Source: Candidatus Sigynarchaeum calidifontis (GTDB lineage Archaea; Asgardarchaeota; Lokiarchaeia; Sigyniarchaeales; Sigyniarchaeaceae). From it: a stretch of DNA of 25,040 nt. The translations under genes were made by a program, and so were the position numbers. Below are positions 17,222-25,040 of the stretch, piece after piece. The stretch spans positions 1-25,040 of the forward strand of contig JAUQYZ020000091.1 in the NCBI GenBank assembly GCA_030587475.2, given 5' to 3'. Under the pieces are notes generated by a model. It was not told the DNA's origin, did not search any database, and was given only the letters and a program-made list of their open reading frames with translations. The first letter of the stretch is position 1. Every line of letters begins with the position of its first letter.

Positions 17222-20200
17222 TCATGATGGCGGCTTTTCTTGCCGAGTGCTCGTCGCGTCTCCTTGGCCGGGCGGGCTTGCAGCCGGCGCGCTCTCTTTC
17301 GTTTCATCAACCGGCTTGGGTTCTAGCTGAGCATCTCCACCACCATCACCACCCGTACCAGCCTCTTCGCTTTGTGGCTGCGGGATGTCGATCGCGATAT
17401 CCGCGCCGCACGACCAGCATTTCTCGCCTTTCTGCTTGAGGACAAGGGCGCAAGTCATGCAATAGAACACCTTGCACTTCGGGCACAAGAAAATAGCGCC
17501 GGCTATCGGTCCCTTGTGCACCACGCAGATGTGTTGCGTCTCGAACGCCTGCACTTCTTTCTCGGTCTTCTCCATCTCCGCGCGGTCTTTCTCGGTCATC
17601 TGCGCCGGTTGCTCAACCTCCACTCCTGCTTTTGCATCCATGCCGGGGAGTTTGCCTTTTGCTAACATAACACCGGTTGGTGCTGCCTTTCCAACAGCCG
17701 GGCGTTTTTTTGTAGCATCTTCTGAGCCTCTTAACTTCGCTTTCTTAGCCCGGATCTTCTTTCTTTGCCTGCTGCCCATGGCAGCGATCACGATACCGAT
17801 GAACGCGACTCCACAAAGAACGATGATCAGCGCGAGGTTGAAAGGCGATGCCGGCTGCGTGATCGTGATGATGACCGTGTCCCGCCCGCTGTACCCGAGC
17901 GTGTTGTTGAACTCGGCCGTGTAGTTGTAGACGCCGGCGACGGTCGTGTGGATCGTGAAGTTGATCTGCATGCCCGTTGTCCAAGCTGTCCAGTTGGTCG
18001 CGGGTGTACCATCGAGCAAGATGCGGTATTGCCCGCCAACGCCGTATGGATCGAAGAGGGTCCAGTGGAGGACTCTATCGCCCGTGTTTTGCGGGAAGGA
18101 TTGATCGAGCGGTCCCGTGGCTGTCGGGTAAAGGGACGAGCTCGTTATCCAGAACGGCCCCAGGTGGAATATCACCGAGCCATGGCCGACTGCATCGACT
18201 GCACGGATGTTGAAATAGTAATCGTTCGCAGAAGCGAGGACCGGGCTCAATGCAGATAGGCCATAAGGCTCTGTCGCATTATCCACTCCCTGAACACCGC
18301 GAGTCCACGAATACGAATACCCGACGACGCCCGAGCCGTTGCCATCGCTCGTGGCGGACCACGAGACGTTTATGATGTTCGTCATCGAAGGAACGCCGAC
18401 CACGTGCGTGTTGCTCGTTGGTACGGGGGCTGACGGGGGAGTCACGTCGACGTAGAACGGGCCGATGGATGCCGACGACGAGACCATGCCGACGCCATCG
18501 ATCGCAGCGATGTTGAAGTACCAATCGGTTCCTTCCCCGAGCGGGCTACTGCTAGTCGACGTGCTGGCCGTGTCGATGGTCGAATCCGGGACCGCTGCCC
18601 CGTGGGTCCATGAAACCGAGTACCCGGCGACGCCGGAGCCATCACTATCCCCGGGATTGCTCCACGAGACAGAAATAACGGGGATTGCAGACCACGTGCT
18701 TTGCACGTGCGTGCTCGATGTTGGTGACGGAATCCCGGGAGCCTGGGTGTCAATGCGGAACGGCCCGAGCGATGCATGCGACGACCATTGGCCGACCGCA
18801 TCCACCGCCCGTATGTTAAAGTACCAGTCGTTCGCGTCGGCTAGCGGAGCACTCAATAACGAACAGAGCGACGTCATTGGTGTTGTGCCTGGGACCTGGG
18901 GGCCGCGTGTCCACGAGTAAGAGAAATTGACCACGCCTGAGCCGCCCCAATCGCTTGGCATGCTCCACGTTATGTTGACTACCGTGGTTGACGACCATGT
19001 TAACGGCGCATGCGTCGGGCTCCACGGGGACGGCGCCGCTGGCGAGTTTCCATCGATATAGAATGGCCCCAACGACGTTATACTTGACCATAAACCAACC
19101 ATGTCTACTGACCGAATGTTGAAGTACCAGTCATTCGCGTCTGTTAACGCCGGACTCAACAGCGTCCGGAAAGAAGTCATGAGCGTTGTGCCCGGATCGT
19201 GTGCACCTCGTGTCCATGAATATGAATATCCCGCGATCCCAGAGCCGTTATCCGAGGGTGATATCCACGTGACGTTGATCACGGTCGTCATGGACCACGT
19301 GGATACCACGTGCGTCGGGCTGGCCGGCTCTGGTGCCGCGGGCGGGTCCGTGTCGATGAAAAACGGCCCCACGCTCGTGACCGCGGACCACGATCCGGCA
19401 CCATCTCGGCTGCGGATATTAAAATACCATGCGTTACCGGTGGAAAGGGATGGGCTTAACACGGACGTGCTCGTCGTGGTGACGGCCGTGCCGGGGTTTG
19501 CTGCCCCCACGGTGAACGAGGTTGCATAACCTGCAATGCCGGAACCGCCGACATCGCCGGGCACTATCCATGTCATGTTGATGATGGCATTGATGCTCCA
19601 CACCGAGATAGAATGGGTGGTACTCGCAGGACTTGGCGGAGATGGAGGTGAGTTGTCGATCCAGAAAGGACCAATCCAGGTAACCGGCGATGGACTGCCC
19701 GCCCCATCTATCGCGATGATGCAAAAATACCAGCTATTGCCCGCAGGCCGCCAGCCCGTGTGGGTCGTGGAATTGTCAATAACGGTCGATCCGGGGGTTA
19801 CAGGAGATGTTGCCCACGTATACGAGTATCCAGCTATCCCGGAACCTCCCATGTCCGACGCAACGTCCCACGCAAGGTCGATCCACGTGTCATTGGACCA
19901 CTGGCTCACTATGTGCGAAATGCTGTGTAGATTTTGGACGGCGGCGGGTGGAGTGGCATCGATCAAGAAGGGGCCCAGCGACGCGACCGTGCTCCACTTG
20001 TACGTGTTGTCCGAGGCGCGAATGTTGAAGTACCACGTGCCGCTGCCGAGCGCCGTGCTGTTGATTGTTCGTGCCGTGGTCATTATACTGGTGCCGGGAT
20101 CCGCTGGCGAATCATTAGTCCAAGCGTACGAATAGCCGGCCACGCCCGAGCCGTCGCCATCGCTTGGCATGCTCCACGTAATGTTGACTATCGTGGTTGA

Positions 20201-23200
20201 TGACCATGTTGACGGCGCGTGCGTTGGGCTCCACGGGGACGGCGCCGCGGGGGGCTCCACGTCGATGTAGTATGGCCCGACGCTCCTGACCCCCGACCAC
20301 GAACCGGCATTATCTCGGCAGCGCAAGTTGAAGTACCAATTGTTGCCGGTGAACAGGGACGTGCTCAGAATCCACGTGTTGTTGGTAGTTATCGTGGTGC
20401 CCGGGTCAGATGCCCCGATGGTGAACGAAACGGCATAGCCGGCGATGCCCGAACCGCCCGTATCGTTGGCCACCGGCCACGTCATGTTGATGATTGAGGC
20501 GTTGCTCCAGACCGAGAACGAGTGGGTGGTGCTCCATGGGGCTGGCGCCGAGGGCGGGGACGTGTCGATCCAGAACGGGCCGATCCAGACGTTGGTCGAC
20601 GGGTTGCCAGCGAGGTCGATCGCGATGATGTTGAAGAACCAGCTTTGCGAGTTGCCGAGGGAACCGCTCGTGCAAGTCGTGCTGTTGCCATCGATGCCGA
20701 AATCCGGGGTCATGGGGATCAGCATCCAGGTATACGAATAACCCGCAATGCCGGAACCGCCCCCGTCCGTGGCGGCGTCCCACGCGAGATCGACCGTGCC
20801 ATCGTTCGACCATTGGCTGATGACGTGCGAAAGGCTGTGGAGGTTTTGGATCGGGGCAGGCGGCGTGATGTCGATTAAGAACGGGCCCAGCGACGCGACC
20901 GTGCTCCAATTGCCCGTGTTGTCCGAGGCGCGAATGTTGAAGTACCACCGGCCAGTTCCCAATGGTATGCTATTTACCGTGAGGCCGGTCGTCGTGATCG
21001 TGGTGCCGGGATCGGCTGAAGAACCATTAGTCCACGAGCACGAGTACCCGGCGATGCCGCTTCCACCGAAATCGGTCGGGAGCGTCCATTGCATCGTGAT
21101 CACGTTACTGCTGTTCCAGACACCTATCTGGTGGGATGGGGACGTCGGCGAAGGGGCTGCAGGCGCCATGGAGTCCTTTCCGAACCGCCATCGCCATTCG
21201 CCGCTCTCGCCCACGATGTTGTTGAGATCATCGCTCGCCGAGAAGTAGAGCACGTGCCAGCCTTCTGGCAAGACTTCCCACGTTAAATTGTCCATTTGCC
21301 ACCCAGCTTGCGACCAGGTCGTTCCGCTCGCCCCGGAGAATAAAATATTGTCCGGCGTCGCGTCGTCGACGTCCCAACAGCCGTTGTTGATGCCCGCGGC
21401 GTCCATGAACTCGAGATCGAGGATGGGGTTCGTACTATGCCAGGTGTTGTTCGCGGGAAGGATCCCCGTGTTCCACGCGGGCCCCGTGTTGTCCGTGATG
21501 AACGTGTAGTTACGGATCGCGGTATTTCCCGACGAGTCATTGGCCATCAAGGACAAGATGTGGGGCCCCTCGACCGGGCAGAAATTGACGTAGGCATCTG
21601 GAGCCAGCGAGAACCAACCTGACACCCCGACCCACCTGTACTGGAACGTCGACAAGTACGAATCCGTCGCTGTCACGTGGATCGTTGCTGATGAACGGGC
21701 TCTCGTGCCATTCGCGGGCGATACCAGGTTGATCGATGGTGCGGTGACATCGTAGACGAGTTTCGTGAGGAACGCATCGTCGCTCCCTTGGTCGCTCTGG
21801 TAGGGATTCCAAAGTGGGAAAGTGGTCCCGGTGGTCCACCCACATACGGCGACAGATTCGCCATCAATGATCGCTAAACCTTCCGGGCTGTCGTCTCCCG
21901 CGCCTGGGCTGCCGAGATACGTAGAAAACACGAGCGAATTTCCTGCGCTCGTGAACCGAACGACCATCGTGTCGATATCCGTTTGCCGGCCTTGAAATGC
22001 ATTCACCAACGGCATGCCGGGGGATCGCGTAGAAAAGGCCACGCAAATCTCCCCGGTCGGGCATACGTCTATCTCTTTCCCCGCATCCGTGCTCAATCCT
22101 CCAAAAAACGTGCTAAAGACCAGCGAATTTCCTGTCACGGATAGCTTGCTCACGAAGCCATCCGACGAGCTGTTCTTGGATGCATCATACGCGTTTTGGG
22201 TTGGAAAATTCACGCTGGAAGAATCCCCGGTGACATACGCATATCCCGAACTATCCACGGCTATTCCATTACCATAATCCGTGGAATCTCCACCTAGATA
22301 CGTGGAATACACGAGTGTATTGCCCGAGATGCCTACTTTTGTCACGAAGGCATCATAGGTGCCATCGCCGGGATCGGACATGATTTGGTTCACACAAGGA
22401 TAATTGGTGGAATAAGTCCTTCCCGTGATGTAGGCGTAACCGCTATCATCCACGTCGATGTCGAAGAGTCCGTCTTCGTTCGATCCACCGATGATAGTGC
22501 TGTAAATAAGAGTGTTCCCAGATTGCGTGAACCGAGCGATGAAAACGTCGTAATCAGAGCCGCTCGTGCTCTTGTACGAGTTGATCTTCGGGAAATCGGC
22601 GGAATACGTGTCTCCACCGACGAATGCGCACCCGCTTGGATCCACGTCGATAGCATTCCCCAAGTCAGTACCACTCCCGCCAAGATACGTGCTGAAAACC
22701 AACCCGTTGCCTGTAGCGTTCAATTTCGTGACGAACGCGTCCGTGCCACCTGGACGAATCGGGTATGCAGCGTTCACAAGTGGAAAATCTGGTGATTGGG
22801 TTGATCCTGTTATATATACGTTGCCGTCGTTTCCAACCGCCACTTGATTCGATCTATCTAATGACGAACCTCCTATATACGTGCTATACGCAAGGCTACC
22901 GTTTTCATAGAACTTCATGACGAACGCGTCATAACTCGCGTCACCTGGATCGCCCATGTATGGTTTCTTGGTTGGAAAATCTACCGAGGTCGTGCATCCT
23001 GTTAAATATATATTCTTGGCCTCATCCGCCGCAACATCATAGGCATAATCATAAGATGCTCCTCCAATATACGTGCTGAACGTCGTGATGAGCGGATCGA
23101 TGACCGTTGGCAATCCTGGATCGTAGCTTGCGAGAACGAAGCGAATGGCGTTCTCGCGATCCTCGTCCAGCAAGAATGCCGACGGGATCAATTCACCGGC

Positions 23201-23932
23201 ACCTTGGTACACGTTCAAGGCACTTTCCTTGTACAAGGCTTGCCCGTTTACCCTGGAAATTGCCGTGATGTTGTCCGGAGTTACCTCTAGCACAGCGTTG
23301 GTGGAAAAGTGCATCGAGATCAACGATGGATCGACACCTGCATCGAGCACGAACTCGTATTTCAGCCCTTGTTCTGCCATGTAATAGCGCAAGTCGATCC
23401 CGTCATAAAGGTCGTGGTACCAGATCTCGCCATAGCTCGGGACATCCGTGTATTGACTGCTCCCGATGAAATAATTCGTGAAATGCGCCATCACTCCCGT
23501 CCCGCAAGGCTCCACGAGATTTCCACCTGGAAAATCCAGTCGCAACGTTTCCTTGCCGGTTCCATTAATGCCCCACGTCACGAAACGCACCGAGCTCGAT
23601 TCGAATCCGATCCACTGGTCTTTTCCTTGAAGATAGTATAACACGTCCGGATCCGCCACCTGGCCGTCGTTCTGGACGAATCCCGAGAACTTGGACTTGT
23701 TCATGCGTGTAAATATCTCGCTGGTGTTTAGAAGCGGCTTGAACGACACGATCTCGCCGCTATCCTCGATCGAGGATTTCCCGCGCGGGATCGCTCTGGC
23801 ATTACCATGTTCATCATGAAATGCTGCGGAAATGACGAGCGACGAATAGATCACGCCGATGAGGAAGATCGGGACGAAGAATCCCATGAAGAATGAGCGT
23901 TTCTTGGTGGTGGTCTGCTTGTTCAGTTTCAT
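17222..23932 (-). CDS. Giant (~2236 aa) membrane-anchored surface glycoprotein: SBBP beta-propeller, Ig-like domains, 10 FnIII-like repeats, TM helix, cytoplasmic RING-like Zn finger
   Basis: The likely start MKLNKQTTTKKR is followed by a hydrophobic segment; the ORF track extends to 24049. The protein has an SBBP-associated N-terminal domain (GFVQNDGQ, LYDGIDLRYY, LKYEF, VIDP), 7 SBBP repeats, 2 Ig-like units, 10 repeats, 1 Ig-like unit, a TM at about 17775-17843, a basic stretch and a CxxH/CxxC/CxxC/CxxC finger at 17408-17527. Many NxS/T sequons lie before the TM. Confidence 0.9.
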   Translation of the reverse strand: MKLNKQTTTKKRSFFMGFFVPIFLIGVIYSSLVISAAFHDEHGNARAIPRGKSSIEDSGEIVSFKPLLNTSEIFTRMNKSKFSGFVQNDGQVADPDVLYYLQGKDQWIGFESSSVRFVTWGINGTGKETLRLDFPGGNLVEPCGTGVMAHFTNYFIGSSQYTDVPSYGEIWYHDLYDGIDLRYYMAEQGLKYEFVLDAGVDPSLISMHFSTNAVLEVTPDNITAISRVNGQALYKESALNVYQGAGELIPSAFLLDEDRENAIRFVLASYDPGLPTVIDPLITTFSTYIGGASYDYAYDVAADEAKNIYLTGCTTSVDFPTKKPYMGDPGDASYDAFVMKFYENGSLAYSTYIGGSSLDRSNQVAVGNDGNVYITGSTQSPDFPLVNAAYPIRPGGTDAFVTKLNATGNGLVFSTYLGGSGTDLGNAIDVDPSGCAFVGGDTYSADFPKINSYKSTSGSDYDVFIARFTQSGNTLIYSTIIGGSNEDGLFDIDVDDSGYAYITGRTYSTNYPCVNQIMSDPGDGTYDAFVTKVGISGNTLVYSTYLGGDSTDYGNGIAVDSSGYAYVTGDSSSVNFPTQNAYDASKNSSSDGFVSKLSVTGNSLVFSTFFGGLSTDAGKEIDVCPTGEICVAFSTRSPGMPLVNAFQGRQTDIDTMVVRFTSAGNSLVFSTYLGSPGAGDDSPEGLAIIDGESVAVCGWTTGTTFPLWNPYQSDQGSDDAFLTKLVYDVTAPSINLVSPANGTRARSSATIHVTATDSYLSTFQYRWVGVSGWFSLAPDAYVNFCPVEGPHILSLMANDSSGNTAIRNYTFITDNTGPAWNTGILPANNTWHSTNPILDLEFMDAAGINNGCWDVDDATPDNILFSGASGTTWSQAGWQMDNLTWEVLPEGWHVLYFSASDDLNNIVGESGEWRWRFGKDSMAPAAPSPTSPSHQIGVWNSSNVITMQWTLPTDFGGSGIAGYSCSWTNGSSADPGTTITTTGLTVNSIPLGTGRWYFNIRASDNTGNWSTVASLGPFLIDITPPAPIQNLHSLSHVISQWSNDGTVDLAWDAATDGGGSGIAGYSYTWMLIPMTPDFGIDGNSTTCTSGSLGNSQSWFFNIIAIDLAGNPSTNVWIGPFWIDTSPPSAPAPWSTTHSFSVWSNASIINMTWPVANDTGGSGIAGYAVSFTIGASDPGTTITTNNTWILSTSLFTGNNWYFNLRCRDNAGSWSGVRSVGPYYIDVEPPAAPSPWSPTHAPSTWSSTTIVNITWSMPSDGDGSGVAGYSYAWTNDSPADPGTSIMTTARTINSTALGSGTWYFNIRASDNTYKWSTVASLGPFLIDATPPAAVQNLHSISHIVSQWSNDTWIDLAWDVASDMGGSGIAGYSYTWATSPVTPGSTVIDNSTTHTGWRPAGNSWYFCIIAIDGAGSPSPVTWIGPFWIDNSPPSPPSPASTTHSISVWSINAIINMTWIVPGDVGGSGIAGYATSFTVGAANPGTAVTTTSTSVLSPSLSTGNAWYFNIRSRDGAGSWSAVTSVGPFFIDTDPPAAPEPASPTHVVSTWSMTTVINVTWISPSDNGSGIAGYSYSWTRGAHDPGTTLMTSFRTLLSPALTDANDWYFNIRSVDMVGLWSSITSLGPFYIDGNSPAAPSPWSPTHAPLTWSSTTVVNITWSMPSDWGGSGVVNFSYSWTRGPQVPGTTPMTSLCSLLSAPLADANDWYFNIRAVDAVGQWSSHASLGPFRIDTQAPGIPSPTSSTHVQSTWSAIPVISVSWSNPGDSDGSGVAGYSVSWTHGAAVPDSTIDTASTSTSSSPLGEGTDWYFNIAAIDGVGMVSSSASIGPFYVDVTPPSAPVPTSNTHVVGVPSMTNIINVSWSATSDGNGSGVVGYSYSWTRGVQGVDNATEPYGLSALSPVLASANDYYFNIRAVDAVGHGSVIFHLGPFWITSSSLYPTATGPLDQSFPQNTGDRVLHWTLFDPYGVGGQYRILLDGTPATNWTAWTTGMQINFTIHTTVAGVYNYTAEFNNTLGYSGRDTVIITITQPASPFNLALIIVLCGVAFIGIVIAAMGSRQRKKIRAKKAKLRGSEDATKKRPAVGKAAPTGVMLAKGKLPGMDAKAGVEVEQPAQMTEKDRAEMEKTEKEVQAFETQHICVVHKGPIAGAIFLCPKCKVFYCMTCALVLKQKGEKCWSCGADIAIDIPQPQSEEAGTGGDGGGDAQLEPKPVDETKESAPAASPPGQGDATSTRQEKPPS
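18146..21175 (-). repeat. Ten tandem ~303-bp (~101 aa) FnIII/Ig-like coding repeats
   Basis: 3030 bp = 1010 aa. Each unit reads approximately D-x-x-PP...S-x-[TS]H...WS...W...D-x-GGSG[IV]AGY...WYFNI-x-A-x-D-x-x-G-x-x-S...GPF-x-I. Confidence 0.9.
21758..23080 (-). repeat. Seven SBBP beta-propeller coding repeats (~63 aa each)
   Basis: Seven copies of [FY]ST[YIF][ILF]G[GS]...D...[IV]AVD..G..Y[IV]TG.T.S.[DN]FP...DAF[VL].K. Confidence 0.88.
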
Positions 23933-24183
23933 GAACCAAGTACCCCAGATCCACCTAATTAACTTATTGGGGATGGGCGATGATTGAAGACGTTGATGGA
24001 TCGACGCCAATAATTCGATGCTGCGCGATGATCTCCACGTGCCAGCCATGATAGAAACATGATGGGCATCGTGAGTCTCGTCAATCTCAAAATCGCCTTG
24101 ATACTTGCGTTCGAGGCCGCTGAGTTCGATTTCGCGGCATTGGGTGGTTCGATTGCGACCGGTAGAAATATCTGGCTATTTAA

Positions 24184-24399
24184 TCATACTGCGACCAATA
24201 TGGCATCGAATCGCTCTTCTGGCACAGGTATCTTGTCATCATCCAAGGCCTTGATATACCCGTCGATTGCTTCTTCGATGTTGATGATGGCTTCTTCCTT
24301 CGTCTTCCCCTGGCTCACACAGCCAGGAAGGCTTGGGCATTCTGCAATCCAATACCCGTCCTCGCCCGGATAGATCATGACTTGTCGCAACGTTACCAT
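24184..24399 (-). CDS. hicB: HicB-family antitoxin (short form, no DNA-binding domain)
   Basis: RQVMIYPGEDGYWIAECPSLPGCVSQGKTKEEAIINIEEAIDGYIKALDDDKIPVPEE is a classic HicB/UPF0150 sequence. Confidence 0.9.
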   Translation of the reverse strand: MVTLRQVMIYPGEDGYWIAECPSLPGCVSQGKTKEEAIINIEEAIDGYIKALDDDKIPVPEERFDAILVAV

Positions 24400-24680
24400 C
24401 TCGTTTGTATGACTCTACTAAACCGTTGTATTTCTCTTTTTGGTATGCTTGATAGATGTGGCGTACTCACGAGGTCATTGCCTAGATTGGCCAATCTGTA
24501 TCTCTTGACATCCTCCGCTTGCTTTTTTCTTACCACATGTCTTGCGCGTGGACACGCAATCAGAAATGCTCTTGCGAGTCATGACCACATATCAATTCAT
24601 CGTTTCTTCAAGCCCAGACACTCTTGAAAACCGACGGAGATTAGATTTCACGTGGATTCCCGAAAAATGAAGCCTTCGCC

Positions 24681-24899
24681 GTGAAGGTGCCGGCCGACGA
24701 GCTCGCCGCCGCGCCCCGGTACCCCTTCACGCACCTCATCCTCCACGGCAGCCCGACCCATTGCCTCACGGTCTACGTGGACGAGCACGGCGCGGTGCGC
24801 TGCTCCGAATCGTCCCGGTCGCTCCAGATCGACCGCACGTCCGCCACGTTCGCCGAGCTCGTCAAGTGGTGGGCCATGACCGCGGAGGGCGACGCGTGA
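24681..24899 (+). CDS. Small hypothetical protein, probably 5'-truncated
   Basis: Strong GC3 coding bias from about 24672 and protein-like sequence YPFTHLILHGSPTHCLTVYVDEHGAVR. An in-frame TAG lies at 24642 in AT-rich DNA. The stop abuts the next ATG. Confidence 0.6.
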   Translation: MKVPADELAAAPRYPFTHLILHGSPTHCLTVYVDEHGAVRCSESSRSLQIDRTSATFAELVKWWAMTAEGDA

Positions 24900-24900
24900 G

Positions 24901-25040
24901 ATGGTGCTGCTTTACAACCTCGTTCGCGGCAACGTCGAGCCTGGCATCTACCACTTGTTCGGGCAGGCCGCGGCGGGCAAGATGACCATCGCCGCGTGCT
25001 GCGCGGCTAGCGTGGCGGCCCGCGGGCGCCCGGTCGCGTG
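24901..25040 (+). CDS. RadB/RecA-like P-loop ATPase, 5' part (runs off window end)
   Basis: Not in the ORF track. Translates MVLLYNLVRGNVEPGIYHLFGQAAAGKMTIAACCAASVAARGRPVA, i.e. strand, Walker A-like GxxxxGK, helix, then G-x-x-V-x, as in RecA-superfamily N-termini. Confidence 0.6.
   Translation, partial: MVLLYNLVRGNVEPGIYHLFGQAAAGKMTIAACCAASVAARGRPVA

Noticed and set aside
18950-20248. Near-identical 90-bp pair as a DGR template/variable repeat
   Set aside because: Mismatches are not confined to adenines on either strand, both copies are inside the same ORF, and no reverse transcriptase is present.
18146-23080. Periodic repeats as a CRISPR array
   Set aside because: They are degenerate protein-coding repeats (~303 and ~190 bp) with no identical short repeats, spacers or cas genes.
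23933-24049. 39-codon N-terminal extension of the giant ORF
   Set aside because: It contains an AT-rich promoter-like segment (TAAGTTAATTA on the minus strand), and the ATG at 23932 gives a typical basic-plus-hydrophobic leader.
24382-24627. 81-aa plus-strand ORF as the missing toxin
   Set aside because: It is on the opposite strand to hicB, has no HicA GSH motif and shows no coding bias.

Overview
GC-rich archaeal chromosomal window, most likely from an Asgard archaeon (Lokiarchaeia-like). This is inferred from a longin-like small protein, Asgard-style Ig-rich surface protein domains, and hdrABC/fwdA with no mcr in view. Left to right: the 3' end of a Uma2-type nuclease, an esterase C-terminal fragment, a sulfatase with a coupled membrane protein, hdrABC and fwdA on the minus strand, a class III PLP enzyme followed by a DUF6206-like protein with kinase-like motifs, trxB, a ThiI/THUMP protein with a degenerate PP-loop, 5-formyl-THF cyclo-ligase, queE with an atypical CX5CX3C motif, a polytopic metal-dependent hydrolase, a longin-like protein, a ~2236-aa membrane-anchored surface protein, an orphan hicB, a short fragment and the start of a RadB/RecA-like ATPase. 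The most notable feature is the giant protein. It has a 7-blade SBBP propeller, Ig-like domains, ten FnIII-like repeats, a C-terminal TM helix and a cytoplasmic 8-ligand RING-like zinc finger, making it a candidate receptor-type E3 ligase or signalling adhesin. The second candidate system is the putative kinase plus class III PLP enzyme pair. No rRNA, tRNA, CRISPR array or transposase was recognised. All family assignments come from motif recognition by eye, not from database searches.
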